64,000 bases of DNA from Octopus vulgaris (Eukaryota): positions 42,036,001 to 42,100,000 of the forward strand of contig OX597832.1 in assembly GCA_951406725.2 (NCBI GenBank), read 5' to 3'. The stretch's first letter is position 1. Each line of letters begins with the position of its first letter. Below are positions 42,807 through 57,046 of the stretch, piece by piece. A program made the translations under genes and the position numbers. Under the pieces are notes generated by a model, which was given only the letters and a program-made list of their open reading frames with translations, did no database searches and had not been told where the DNA came from.

Positions 42807-43324
42807 CATTAGACTGTAGGCATGCTGGGGCACTCCCTTGGAGAGTTTTTAGTCAAATGAATCAACCCCAATACTTCTTTTTTAAAGCCTGATATTTATT
42901 CTATCGATCACTTTTGCTAAACCACTAAGTTACAAGGATGTAAGCAACCTGACACTGGTTGTTAAGCAGTTGTGGGAAACAAACAGACACAAAAGCACAC
43001 ACACGATAGGCTTCTTTCAGTTTCCATTTACCACTCACAAGGTTATATATATCCCAGTATGGCCACACTCCAATGGCTGGAACATATGATTTGGAGATTA
43101 TGATTTTATTAGATCATCCACTTGAAAATATTGACCTTTAATTTATAATATTTTTGTTGGAATGTTTCATGATGATGACCAATACAGCATCCTTGATTGA
43201 GTTATTAATCAGCCAATGAGAGAGAGAGGGGGAGGGGGAGATAGAGAGGAAGAGAGAGGGTGAGAGAGAGGGAGGGAGGGGGAGAAAGGGAGAGAGAGGG
43301 GAAAGAGAGGGAGAGAGAGTGGTG

Positions 43325-43445
43325 AGAGAGAAAGAAGCAAGAGAAAAGGGAGAGAAAGAAGCAAGAGAAAAGGGAGAGAAAGAAGCAAGAGAAAAGGGAG
43401 AGAAAGAAGCAAAAGAAAAGGGAGAGAAAGAAGCAAGAGAAAGAG
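43325..43445. repeat. 24-bp purine minisatellite x5 (agagaaagaagcaagagaaaaggg)
   Basis: Direct inspection; 8-aa periodicity in the spurious ORF over this region. Confidence 0.9.
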
Positions 43446-45216
43446 CATGATCAGTCATTGTAGCAATTCTCCGTCTCTCTCTCCCTAAAAGATGAGATCA
43501 TTTTGAAGATGAAACCAACACAGATAACCTGATCTCTCAACTCAAAAAGGTGTTACAATAGAGAGGTGTATTATGATGATGGTGATGATTAAGGCAGTGA
43601 GCTGGCAGAATTGTTAGCATACTGGATGAAACACTGCTAAGCAATTTTTTGTCTGTCTATATATTGAGTTCAAATTCCACTGAGGTCAACTGTGCCTTTC
43701 ATTTTTTTGAGGTTGAGGACATAAGTACTAAGTTGCACACAGGGGCTGCTGTAATTCACTCACCCCCAAATTGCTGACCTTTTGCCAAAAATTGAAATCA
43801 TTTTTATTATGAAGGTGGCAAGCTGGCAGAATTGTTAGCATGCTGGATGAAATGCTTAATGGTATTTTGCCTGTCGCTACGCTCTGAGTTCAAATTCCAC
43901 CGAGGTCGACTTTGCCTTTCATCCTTAACCTGTTTGTCTGTCCTTGTTTATCCTCTCTATGTTTAGCCCCTTGTAGGGTGGTAAAGAAATAGGTATTTTG
44001 CCTGTTGCTACGTTCCAAGTTCAAATTCCACCAAGGCTGATTTTGCTTTTCATCCTTTCAGGGTTGATAAATTAAGTACCAGTGAAACACTTTGGGTGGT
44101 AGGGGACGGTGGTGGGTGATGTAATTGACTAGTGCCCCACCCTGTAAAAATTTCAGGCTTTGTGCCTATAGTAGAAAGGATTATTATTATGATATAATTT
44201 ATTTGAAATTATTGAAACTAAGATGTCATTCATTACTCATCAACATCATTCTAATGTCCACTTTTACTGTGCTTGCATGGGTTGGATTGCTAAGAAGTAT
44301 TATATTAAACCATATTGCTTTTTTTTTAAATTAAAAAAATTTTTTTTTTTATAAACTAACACATTAATCTCTTCAACATTATTACACAGTCAGGCAGCAG
44401 ACAGCCATGTGATTATAAAGGGTTTGATTGACGGGGGACTATCGAAACAATATCCTCGCTTGCTTCATAGTTAGTTAGGTGGGTTAGAGCCAGGAAGTAA
44501 TGAAAACATTGAACTGCTGCTGTGAAAATCACTAGCTCCAACAATTGTGTGCAAATATGAATATTTAATAACCTAACAAACCCATGCCAACATGAAATGT
44601 CAAGCTGATTATCATCCTCATCATCATCATCATCATCTTCAATGCATTTGTAGTTGTAATGCTTAGTTTTTCCATGTTGGCATGAGAGACATGGGTTGGA
44701 TAGATATGTAGTATGGCTAATTATCACATTATTCTACCATATGTCATTACATCAGTGATATCCAAACAATTTGAGATCTAAAACCTAAAACTTGAAGCTC
44801 AGTGAGAAAGAGGGAGCCGCCACAGCTAAATATATTAATAACTCTTAAATCATTATCATCGTTATCGTAATAATCTAATAATGCCCTTTCATGTCTGCTG
44901 TTTTGATACTGTATCAGACACAAACTTCAACCATGATGAAGATTGTATTTTAGCACTAATTTAATATGAATGAAGGTGTTTAAACAAATGATATTTAATG
45001 TGTGTATGTTTTGAACAAAAATAAAAGATATATATTTGCCTACAAAAACACACATGCACAAATGTAATACAAGTGTGAAACGAAAGAGGTTCAACACCCA
45101 GTAGAGAGCCATATATTTGAAGCCGAAGATTGCATGTAATGTAATCTTGTAATCATCTTAAAACACACACACACACACATACATGTGTGCATATGTATTA
45201 TAAATAGATTTGCAAA

Positions 45217-45259
<43 letters not shown>

Positions 45260-45307
45260 TGTGTGTGTGTGTGTGTAAATTTCATATTTGTTTAAACAGC
45301 TTCATGC

Positions 45308-45338
<31 letters not shown>

Positions 45339-46689
45339 GCTCTAGAAAATTAATTATATATATAGGTGTATGTGTACATATGTATACAGTGTGTGAAACT
45401 GTTTAACGAACAATATATGGAGTTGTTTAAACACAAAGCTGTTTAAACAACATATATATGTGTGTGTGTGGAATTGTTTACATAAATATATATATATATA
45501 CACACATACATACATACATACATACATATCAGATGCTATGACAAGACAAAAGAAACTATGAAATCTTAAACCTAGAGATAAATATTGATTCTTGCATATA
45601 GGTGAAGGTGTGTGTGTATGTAGGTGTGTAGGTGAGTGTAAGTGCATGAGTGTGTGTGTGTGTGTGTGAGGAGGAAGGATTGTATCTTCTGTTCTTTCTT
45701 TCCTGTTTCTCAAAAAGCAGAAACGAAGAAAAATAACGGAAATCCATTTGTCATTGATTGACTCATCTAATGACAACAACACTTCATCATCATCATCACT
45801 ACTACTACCACAACCATCATCACCACCATGACCACCACCGTGAAACATCAGCACCATTATTAATCACCGCTACCACCAACTTTAAACATCAACCATCACC
45901 ACCATTATCAGGAATACCACCATGACCACGGCTACAACCACCATCACACCAAGCACTACAAATACCATCCAATTGCATAAGTCTGAGAAGCATGGATTAC
46001 ACACATACACACATATATGCACATATACAAACACTGAGTCTTTTATATATTTGTCATTGCCTGTACCACCTGACTGGCCCCTGTGCAGGTGGCATGTAAA
46101 AAGCACCCACTACACTCTCGGAGTGGTTGGCGTTAGGAAGGGCATCCAGCTGTAGAAACTCTGCCAAATCAAGATTGGAGCCTGGTGCAGCCATCTGGTT
46201 CGCCAGCCTTCAGCCAAGACCGACCAACCCATGCTAGCATGGGAAATGGATGTTAAATGATGATGATGATGATGATGATGACGACGATGTTGAGTGTCTC
46301 ATAAAGGGAGACTGACAAATGAATAATTAAATCATTTATGAATATTTGAGCATGTCAAAAGTGTTTGCAAATTGGGAGAGCCAAGAATGCTGACTCTGGA
46401 AATAAAAGACAGCAGATTGCAATCAGTATGCTGAGAAAAAGCACCATCTCAAGCATGGAACCGGAGATCTGTTCAACTGGCAATTAATAACCATGGGACA
46501 TAGATCCATCACTATGACCCCCAATACAAAAGAACAATCCAGCTAGTAGAAGCAACAGGACTCCCTGATATCAAAGAAATTCAAAGTTCAACTCAGTGCA
46601 AGCAAGCTGATGTGTACAATCTTCTATAACTCCCAAGTTGTGCTGTTTAATTGACTACATGCCACAGAGGGGAACAACCACAGCTGCCT

Positions 46690-46900
46690 ATTATGCCTGT
46701 TTGCTATGTCATCAGTGAGACTGTAACCAAGACAAAGCGTGTGGAATGTTGAGTGCATGTGTCCCACTTCTTCATAACAATACACCAGTTTACATGGCTT
46801 CAGTGTCAAAGATGTCATTGGGAATGCAGGTTTGAAAAGCTACCTCACCCATCTTGCACCCTGTGATTGTCATCCAGTAGAGCACATTGAGGGTGCTTCA
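46690..46900 (+). pseudogene. Degraded mariner transposase fragment
   Basis: Frameshifted remnants H-N-N-T-P-V, FEKLPHP and LAPCD resemble the mariner HDNAP.H and LPHP.YSPDLAP.D motifs. Confidence 0.5.
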
Positions 46901-47085
46901 CTGCTTCAGAGGGACAGTTTTTTTTTTTGGTTGTTCATGTGACATACAAAAGTCTGTGTTTCCTCTCTTTTCTTTTTCATTCTGCTCACATTAAATGAAC
47001 CCACTAAACTATTTAATTACTGTGAATGCTCTAGCATTAATTAGAAGTTAAAAAAAAAACTAACCAATGTCTGTATATGTATATA

Positions 47086-47104
<19 letters not shown>

Positions 47105-47121
<17 letters not shown>

Positions 47122-47457
47122 AACGGCAAAATGTCGTGTGTGTGTGTGTCCTTTATACAAATCCACAATTTTTCAGTTAGAGGGCGCGCACTTTCTATGG
47201 TCATTCAAAACTGTCCAAGGGTGGTCGTGCACATCTTTACATTTCCCCAGTTACCCCGCAAAGCCATTAAAAAAATCAATAGAAGTGACTTTTTTTGAAT
47301 TTTCTATCCAAAACCCAATCAAAATGCCCGAAACTTGATACGCCAATTGAATGCCATCTAGCTGTATGTGATTGGTCGGAGATTTGGACAATACTCGCGT
47401 GTTATGTGTGCATACGCACGCAGCTGTATGTGCATGCACTAGCACTATGATCCGGCG
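47105..47457 (+). mobile_element. Helitron-like element copy, 3' hairpin truncated
   Basis: Same internal sequence as 54544-54909; stops at agcactatgatccggc. Confidence 0.72.
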
Positions 47458-48916
47458 TTATTTATTGAAGCAGATTTTCTACGACCAAATTTAAACTCGG
47501 AGTGCAAAAACCAGATAAAATACCATTGCAAAGTATCTGGGCCAACATCCTTACAGTTCTGCCAACCTACTGTCTCAAATGGGTTTTCTTTTTTTATTGA
47601 CCCTAAAAGAATGAAGAGTAAAACTGACTTTGGTGGGATTTGAACTCTCCCTCTGTTCCCATGCATATTAGCTTCATTCAGTTTCTGTACCTTTATCTCA
47701 CACCCTAGCATAGCCAAGAAGGTCGAAATTGTTTTTATCAATGATTATAAAGTAAAATCTATTTTGCGGTCTTTCCCACCGTGTAAAAAAGAGAAGCAAA
47801 GCAAAAGAAAAAAATTGCCTTTGATTTAGAAAGTTATTTACATTATATGGTGGGAAAACTGAAGGTTATGTGAGAAAAATAAACCAATTACACAAAAACA
47901 ATAAAAATAAGTCCAAATGTTTTGGCAATTCTAATAACTAGAGGTAAAGCCTGTAAGAGTGGGGTACAGTAGTCTTGGCAGGAGGGATTGCAGAACCCTC
48001 CTGACCACCCCATGACTATCTGCTGTCCCCAACTCCTAGAGAAAAAAAAACAATTTATTTACAGGACACACACAGTCCCTTGCTCGAAAGTAGTCTTATT
48101 CCAGCCCTTGCTACATTTCTGTTGGAGGGCTCTGGTTAGAGATGTAGATATTCATTGAAAATGTTGCCAGCAAATATAGAGAAACACAATTCACATGCAT
48201 AGGTACATAGTAACAGTCATGTAGTCAGAGCGAACCATCACCCAGAAGAGCCCTTGATTTTTTTTTTCCCCCTTCCTCCAAGCCAATACAACCCTATACC
48301 GACATATATAGGAAACCAAAACCAAAAAGTACTATCCTCATAAAAGCACTGCCTGGGGCACCCCCACTCCACTCCACCCCACCCCACAGCCACACTACAG
48401 CAGAGCACCACAGTTTCTTTTACATGCTGGAAAACAACAAAATACACTCAAATATGGGTAAAACTTGTATTTTTTTCGTTTTAATTAACTTGCTTAATAT
48501 TGGGTCAAATGCCTCTTTCTATTAAGTACCGAAGTGGAACGGTGGGTGGGTGGGGGTATTTATTTATTTTTGGAAGTTCTTACCTCCTCTAAGCCCCATA
48601 AAGATAAACCATTGACATTTGTCATCTCTGACAACTTCTAAGGTTACTGTTGACCTTTACTATGTATGTACTCCTTAAAAAACAAACTCTATTAATAATG
48701 ACACTTGGCACCTTCCTGTCATCCTTATTTTCCATCCAAAACTAAATTTAGTTTCCCCTGCGTAAACAAACAAAAAAAAAAAAATAAATAAAAAGTGAAA
48801 CCTAAGTAAATAGTTTCATTGACATATATTATTGATGATGATGGTAGGGATGATGAGGATGAAGATGAGGATGATAGAAATGGAGGTTGATGGCAAATAT
48901 AGTCATAATAATAATA

Positions 48917-48949
<33 letters not shown>

Positions 48950-50894
48950 ACAATGGTTTCAAATTTTGGCACAAGACCAGCAAGTTCAAAGGAGGGTCTA
49001 AGTTGATTAGATCAATGCCAGTTCTCAACTGGTACTTATTTTATCGCCCCCCCCCCCCCAAAAAAAAGCACGAAAGGCAAAGGTGACCTTGATGGAATTT
49101 GAAGTCAGAACATAAAGATGGACGAAATGCCCCTAAGCATTTTGCCCATCGTGCTAATGATTCTGCTGGCTCACCACCGTAATAATAATAATAATAATAA
49201 TCTTTAATGATGATGTTTGGATTTAGGCATTAGATCAGCAATGTCTGAGTGGAGGGTATTAGTCAAGTACATTGACACTAGTACTTGACAGTTTATTGAC
49301 CCCTGAAAGCATGAAAGGCAATATCAACATCAGTGGGATTTGAACTTGGAATGTAAATCTTACAAAGCACTTTTTCCAAAACTTACCCTAATGATTCTGT
49401 CAATGCACAACTGCTATAATAATAATAATAATAATCCTTTTCACTAAAGGCACAAGGCCTGAATTTTGGGAGAGGGGGAAAGCCAATTACATCGACTCCA
49501 GTGTTCAGCTGGTACTTATTTTACTGACCCCGAATGGGTGAAAGCCAAAGTCAACCTCAGCATAATTTGAACTGAGTGGAGAGTGAGGTGCCGTGACAAA
49601 ACGAACTTAACATAGATGATAATTTTACTCTAAAAATAGATTGTATAAGCTTTCCACAGTGAAATGATAAAAAAAAAAATAATGAAATTAATGAAGTTGT
49701 TAATTTACTTTGTAAATTGCAAGTTAGTGAGTTTCCTGTGCCTGATGAGATCTCATTTTATTTTAATAATAATTACTAATTTTAACATGTATAAAGTAAT
49801 TACTACTATAGGTGAAATTTAGTATGCTAATTGCTAACTTCACTGCACCACTTATAGGTCCCTTTAGAGGGCCTAATGCCCCTTTAAAGATGGTAATGCC
49901 CGCATTGAGAACTTCTGAATCTAACCCATGCAAGAATGGAAAAACAGATGTAAAACTGAACTAACTAATGAATGACTGTGTGTGTGTGCATGAGTGAGTG
50001 AGATAGAGAGAACACACACACACACATGTGTTTGTGTGTAACAATAGTTATATCAGCTTGCTGTGGTGTGAACAAAGTTGATGAAATGTATGTGGCTCCT
50101 GGTATCAGACAACAGATCCAGTTCTTGACTTAACACAAACACAATCAATTAATCTCACCAACATTAAAAAAAAAGAAAAAAAGATAGTCAAAGCTGGAAC
50201 ACTATATATGGTAAGGCTGCTCACTTAAGGTGGGAGGGATGGGGTAGGGAAGAGTTCAACAACAACAGCAAAAACTATTCTATTTCCAAAACTGATCTTC
50301 CCCTTTTGGTGACTGATTTTTTTGTTTTTTGTTTGCAACCACAGTATGTTATTTAAGTCAGTTTCAGACCCTTCCCATCCATGGCTGCCACCTCATAAAC
50401 AAACACTTCACAATGGGCACCAAAAGCTACATTTAAATTACAAACCCTGCAAAACTGCACAGAGATATTTAATCTCTGAAATATTCCCCCCAAACTATTT
50501 TAATCTGTCCTGCAGCCAAACAGAGAAAAGAGAATCATCTTTACTGGAGTGTGCACATGTGTGTGGAGTTGTTGAAAATGTATAGATTTCCTAACCATGA
50601 GCCATCTCACATGACTAACAATGCTGGGGGGGGGGGGTTAGAGAATGTGGTAAACCACACCCTCAAAGACAAAAAAAAAAAATTCATCTAAAAGCAAATA
50701 AAACACCCTACTGTGCAAAGTGTGTTGAGGTGAATGTGATTCACTGCTTTACATTCAACTTTGACCTGGATGAACCTTTGCCATTTATTCATGTGAAGTA
50801 ATAACAGTCATTTAACAAACAGATAAACAGACAGGTCCCTTCATTTGTAGATATGTACACAAGAGGGTTGAATAGGTTTGCAAAGCAGGTTTAG

Positions 50895-51020
50895 AGAGGG
50901 CGTGGACCAAAAAAACTAAGCACCCTTCCCCTCCATTGGTCAGTTGAAGCTCAGTTGAGACAGTTAGCTAGTGCTGGCTGCTGGAGCCTACTGGTGAGTA
51001 TTTAAAGGGAATCATTCGCC
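50895..51020 (+). promoter_or_regulatory. Candidate core promoter / first-exon island
   Basis: GC box GGGCGTGG (50898-50905), reverse CCAAT (ATTGG 50935-50939), Inr-like TCAGTT x2 (50940, 50951), donor CTG|GTGAGT (50994) and TATTTAAAG (50999), all in non-repeat sequence. Confidence 0.35.
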
Positions 51021-51829
51021 CATTGACATTTGTTGATGCTGCATCGCATCGAAGAAACCAAAGAACAAAAGGAAAAAAGGAGAAAGAAAAAACGCACTCA
51101 ACACCAGAGCTGAAGATGCTTCTGAAGGTGGGGGGGCACGTCAAAAACGCTAGAGGAGTAGGGGCCGAAACTGGATGTGGTTCCTCCTGATGATGTCTTT
51201 AGCCACTGGATCCTATAAAGGAGCTGTTGAGGTAGCAAACCATGAAACATGGCTGGAATTCCTCCATGCCTGGTGAAATGAAATCAGTATTTCATTGATA
51301 AGTTTTAAATGAGAGAGAGAGAGAGAGAGAGAGGGGTGAATTCAATGTTTACTTAACCTTTCAGCATTCAGATTGCTTGCTTAATTATTGTCTTGAATTA
51401 ATCATGCATCTTTGAGATTTCAATGATGCAACTGCTTATTTTTAGAATGACATTGTAGGGTAGATGTGATAGACCAGATCTGGCTGGTTTGAACCTAAAG
51501 CCCGGTAAAAATTTCCCCAGAACCACTTGCAGTCTGGCCCATATTATATTAATTATATAATGATTCATCAAAGCAGGAGATTTAATAAATCCTCATTTCG
51601 TCTAAAGAGGGCAGCTGAAACAGAAGAACGAACACATGGGAAGTGGCCCTCTGTGCTTTTCCCCCCATGACCACCTTTGTTCTCTGACCTCAGGATGTTG
51701 GGTGGAACTTTGTGCTCACAGATATGATGACAATGAATTGGAGAGTGAGTGAGAAGGGGGAGATAACATAAAACACATCAGTCCATCCCATGCCAGTATC
51801 TAAGAAACCAATGGTATGATGTTGATAAT

Positions 51830-52250
51830 GAAGGTGGCGATTTGGAACAAGCGCTAGCAAACCGGGCGAAATGCTTAGCGGTATTTTGTCTGCCGTTATG
51901 TTGTGAGTTCAAATTCCGCCAAGGTTGACTTTGCCTTTCATCCTTTCGGAGTCGATTAAATAAGTACCAGTTATGCACTGGGGTCGATGTAATCGACTTA
52001 ATACCTATGTCTGTCCTTGTTTGTCCCCTCTATGTTTAGCCCCTTGTGGGTAGTAAAGAAATAGGTATTTCAGCTGCCATTACGTTCTGAGTTCAAATTC
52101 CACCGAGGTCGACTTTGCCTTTCATCCTTTTGGGGTCGATTAAATAAGTACCAGTTATGCACTGGGGTCGATGTAATCGACTTAATACCTATGTCTGTCC
52201 TTGTTTGTCCCCTCTATGTTTAGCCCCTTGTGAGTAATAAAGAAATAGGT
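51830..52250 (+). mobile_element. SINE family B, dimeric copy
   Basis: Head followed by two ~180-bp units (B-box, core, tail). Confidence 0.8.
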
Positions 52251-53545
52251 ATGATGTTGATAATGATGATGGAGATGAAATGATGACAGAAATGATAATA
52301 TCAATAATGAAAATGATTATCACTGATAAGAGAGATGGTGCTGGTGGCGGCAGCAGCAGCAGCAGCAGTAGAAGTAGTAGTAATAAGTAGTAGCAAAGCT
52401 TATTTTAAAGGCAAGTCTCTTTTCTGACTAATTAAATGGATAAGATCAATTAGAAATACAAGATTATAAAACATAGTAAAATATTTTTTTTTCTTAAATT
52501 TACATAAAAAATAATTAAGATCAATCAATGACATACAATGATTCATAATGAATTAGTATTAATTATTTAAAAAAAAAAAGAAGTTTCTCTTATGGAAGCA
52601 CAGTGAAGAAGTAATTAGCATAAACAGTAGAAGAAATGTAACGCAAAACTAATTAAAGCTCTCTCATCCACACCATCTTTGTGATTCATAATTAAAAATA
52701 GAAATACTTCAAATGTTCATTAATATTATTTGAAGGAATAAAAACAGCAATAATAATGATTAAGGCAACATTCTCCCCAACTCAAAAGCTACATGTGTGG
52801 GTGGAAGTACATATTATATGTAATGCATACATTCTATTTATATACATACATATATTTTATTTTACTTGTTTCAGTCATTTGACTGCAGCCATGCTATTGG
52901 TCTCTTTACTGAACTACTAAGCTACAAGGATGTAAACACACCAACATTGGTTGCCAAGACACAGACACTCACACACACATCATCATTATCATCGTTTAAC
53001 GTCTGCTTTCTATGCTAGCATGGGTCAGACGATTTTGACTGAGGGCTGGCGAACCAGATGGCTGCTCCAGGCTTCAATTTTGATCTAGCAGAGTTTCTAC
53101 AGCTGGATGCCTTTCCTAACGCCAACCACTCCAATAGTGTAGTGGGTGCTTTTTACGTGCCACCGACATGGGGGCCAGTCAGGCAGTACTGGCAATGACC
53201 TCGCTCGAATCTTTTTACACATGCCACCGACACAGGTGTCAGTAAGGCGACGTTGGTAATGATCATGCTTGAATGGTGCCCTTTTATGTGCCACTGGCAC
53301 GGAAGCCGGTTAGCCGCTCTGTCAAACAATCACACTTGTATGGTGCTCTTTGCACCCCGCATACATACACACATCAGGTTTCTTTCAGTTTCTGTATCAA
53401 ATCTATTTCCATGGATTTGGTCAGTCAGAGGCAACAGCAGAAGATACTTGGCCAAAGTGCTACACAGTGGGGCCTGAACCTGGAACCATTTGAGGTGAAG
53501 CAAACTTCTTACCACATAGACATACTTGCCCCTATATATATATAT

Positions 53546-54017
53546 CACCACCACCATTATAGGTGTCTACTCTTTGAACCCCCCTCTTCAATACGCTATT
53601 TCACCATGCATTACCCCTCTCTCGATATCCTACATTCTACTTGCCTAGAACCTGTCCCCTGAACCACCCCTCCCACTGGTGCTCCCCTATATTTCTGCAC
53701 CCCCCACCACCATTATAGGTGTCTACTCTTTGAACCCCCCTCTTCAATACGCTATTTCACCATGCATTACCCCTCTCTCGATATCCTACGTTCTACTTGC
53801 CTAGAACCTGTCCCCTGAACCACCCCTCCCACTGGTGCTCCCCTATATTTCTGCACCCCCCACCACCATTATAGGTGTCTACTCTTTGAACCCCCTCTTC
53901 AATACGCTATTTCACCATGCATTACCCCTCTCTCGATATCCTACGTTCTACTTGCCTAGTACCTGTCCTCTGAACCACCCCTCCCACTGGTGCTCCCCTA
54001 TATTTCTGCACCCCCCC
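53546..54017. repeat. 156-bp tandem repeat x3
   Basis: cattataggtgtctactc at 53555, 53711 and 53867; the units are nearly identical. Confidence 0.95.
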
Positions 54018-54543
54018 ATAAAAAGCACCATCCGAACGTGGCCGATGCCAGACCCCTCTGGCACCTGTGCAGGTGGCACGTAAAAAACACCCACTACACT
54101 CGCGGAGTGGTTGGCGTTAGGAAGGGCATCCAGCTGTAGAAACACTGCCAGACTAGACTGGAGCCTGGGGCAGTCCCGAGCTCCCCAGACCCCGGTCGAA
54201 ACCGTCCAACCCGTGCTAGCGCGGAAAACGGACGTTAAACGATGATGATGATGATGATGATATACATATTCATAGGTTTACTGACCCAAAATAAATAGTC
54301 CTTTTTCCAGTGTGGGTATATAGATAAATTGTAATATGTGTTTGTGCAAGCGTGTGTGCCTGAGTAGTTTTTACTGTTATCCAGTTTGTTTTGAGGAGAA
54401 GAAGCCTAGCTTGAGTCACCGCATCTTCGGAATCAAGTTAATATGGCTTCAGATGCGTCACAGAATTGTCAGAAAATACTTTTGGTAGCGTCTGAGTCAT
54501 AGCAATCATCCTGTAAGCTCAGCACTTTTGAAAACGAATGGAA

Positions 54544-54909
54544 TCTCTATATATATAAACGGCAAAATGTATGCATGCATGTCCTTTATACAAATCCACA
54601 ATTTTTCAGTTAGAGAGCTCGCACTTTCTATCGGTCATTCAAAGCCGTCCAAGGGTGGTCGTGCACATCTTTACATTTCCCCAGTCACCCCGCAAAGCCT
54701 TTAAAAAAATCAACAGAAGTGACTTTTTTGTGAATTTTCTATCCAAAACCCAATCAAAATGCCCGAAACTTGATACGCCAATTGAATGCCAGCTAGCTGT
54801 ATGTGGTTGGTCGGAGATTAGGACAGTACTCACGTGTATGTGCACACGCACGCAGCTGTATATGCAGGCACTAGCACTATGACCTGGCAACGCCGGGTCA
54901 TAGTGCTAG
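54544..54909 (+). mobile_element. Non-autonomous Helitron-like element (full length)
   Basis: A|TC 5' end and CTAG|T 3' end, no TSD seen. Subterminal hairpin actagcactatgacctgg-caacg-ccgggtcatagtgctagt. Two more copies in the window. Confidence 0.8.
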
Positions 54910-55261
54910 TGGAATATAAAAAAATTCCTTTTTTGGGAAACGGGTTTGGGTTAATGACAGGAAGGCCATCTGCTAGTAAAACAATGCTACAGCATATTCC
55001 TCCAACCCAAGCTGGCATGGAATGGTGTATAGTTCTAAAACTGATGTCAAAGAGACAGATATCCCACAAGAATTTCATAAAACCGATTTCTTGTAAATCT
55101 ACTTGAATCAACTACTGGACACTAAAAATTATAATAGGTTACATATAATTACTTAGGAATTAGTCAGGTTTGAGTTTTAGAATCACAGAATACAAAACTA
55201 TTATAAATGTATGTACATGTGTGCATTAATGTTCCTTTTCTTCTGTTGCCATGTGTTAGAT

Positions 55262-55735
55262 CAATGGTTCTCAACCAAGATCCATATAAGATTTTGGGGG
55301 ATCCACACAACAAAATAAACTGGGGACCCACAATAATATTCTAACGACCCCTGAAAAAATTTTGCTTCAGGTGTATGTATTGCAAGAAACAGCTGGGTTT
55401 CTTTCTCTAACATTTTACATAGTTCAACCTATACAAGTCAATGTGTGGAAAACAAAACAGGAATTTTGAAATAGGTTTCTGTTAAACTAGTTTTTAAGCT
55501 ATATAGTCAAGACTATTGAAAAGGTTGCAAGATGCAACGAAAATTTTAGGAAAATAAAAACAAGAAATAAGTGGAAATTTTACCGGTGCGTGTGTTACAT
55601 TATAAGGCACAAAAAGAAAATGACTCTCCCCAGACACAACAGAATAGTTTTTAAGCATCGACTGGCTACGGGGTTCCACCAGAATAAAATAGTAATGAAA
55701 GGGGTCCAGAGACAGAAAATGGTTGAGAAACCCTG
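55262..55735. mobile_element. hAT MITE, about 474 bp
   Basis: TIRs caatggttctcaacc / ggttgagaaaccctg; 8-bp TSD tgttagat/ggttagat. Confidence 0.85.
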
Positions 55736-55856
55736 GGTTAGATGGTTGAACAGGAACTGATAAGCCAGAGGACCGTACTGAGCCACAATGTCTGCTTTGG
55801 CATGAACCACTTTGTAGAGTGTACTGGGTGCTTTTTATCATAGCACAAGCACAATA

Positions 55857-56272
55857 TATTTCTTTATTGCCCACAAGGGGCTAAACATAGAGTGGACAAA
55901 CAAGGATAGACAAAGAGAATAAGTCAATTACATCGCCCCCCCCCCCCCGTGCAAAACTGGTACTTATTGTAATCTATCCCGAAAGGATGAAAGGCAAAGT
56001 CGACCTCGGCAGAATTTGAACCCAGAACATAGCGGCAGACGAAATACCTATTTCTTTATTACCCATAAGGGGCTAACACAGAGAGGACAGACAAGGAGAT
56101 TAAGTCGATTACATCGACCCCAGTGCGTAACTAGTACTTAATTTATCGACCCCGATAGGATGAAAAGCAAAGTCGACCTCGGCGGAATTTGAACTCAGAA
56201 CGTAGCGGCAGATGAAATACCGCTAAGCATTTTGCCCGGCGTGATAACGATTCTGCCAGCTCGCTGCCTTCA
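55857..56272 (-). mobile_element. SINE family B, dimeric copy
   Basis: Reverse complement of the 51830-52250 structure. Confidence 0.8.
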
Positions 56273-57046
56273 AAAGCACAAGCACAATATGGAGAGAGAG
56301 AGAGAGAGAGATACTTACTCATTCTCACTGTAGTCTGTGTATTTAGGAGTTACTTACAATACTACTTTCTTACTATGACTACATTGTTCACCTATTTTTA
56401 TGTTTATTCATTAAAAAACAAAAGCAAAAGAAACACACACACACATAAAGAATAGACAACAGCAAATAATAATAAAGTTGGCAAATGCATAACACATTCG
56501 ATCTTTTAAGAACCCAATCCTTACGGGATCTGGTTGTTGTTCACATGAAAAATGTCACAGCCTCCTATTTGGTGAGTGAGAGCCAGGCAATGTTCATAGA
56601 CACACTGATGGCTGTCTGAGCTGCCTAATCTTGCCAGATTTTAAATTTAAAATCTCAGTTAGTCTTACACAGCACCATTGGAAACTATAATAAACAGATA
56701 GAGGTATGAATTAATGAGGTGCTAAAAGTAATTAAAACATCCATTCCCAACCAACCAACGGAACATAATGGCCAAACCCCACATAAAAAAATGTCACAAA
56801 TAGATAGCCAAGATTTCTAACAAAGATACCCAAACACCACTCATCCATTTTTATGAGGGTTGAGTAGAGTAGGCAAGGTGGTGTAGCCACAGTATATGCC
56901 ACCCAGAACATCTCTTGGGCTTGTTCCCTAACCACCAATCTCCAGATTTATACAGCAGACCCGAAAATGCTTTCCCTATAAAAGCATTGCTTAGGGCAGA
57001 CCAATCCCTCACTCACTTTTAGCTTTGCTACAGGCAGGCAGTCTAA

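Noticed and set aside
51100-51200. Hammerhead-like CTGAAGA / GAAA / CTGATGA motifs
   Set aside because: The required stems cannot be formed in any topology.
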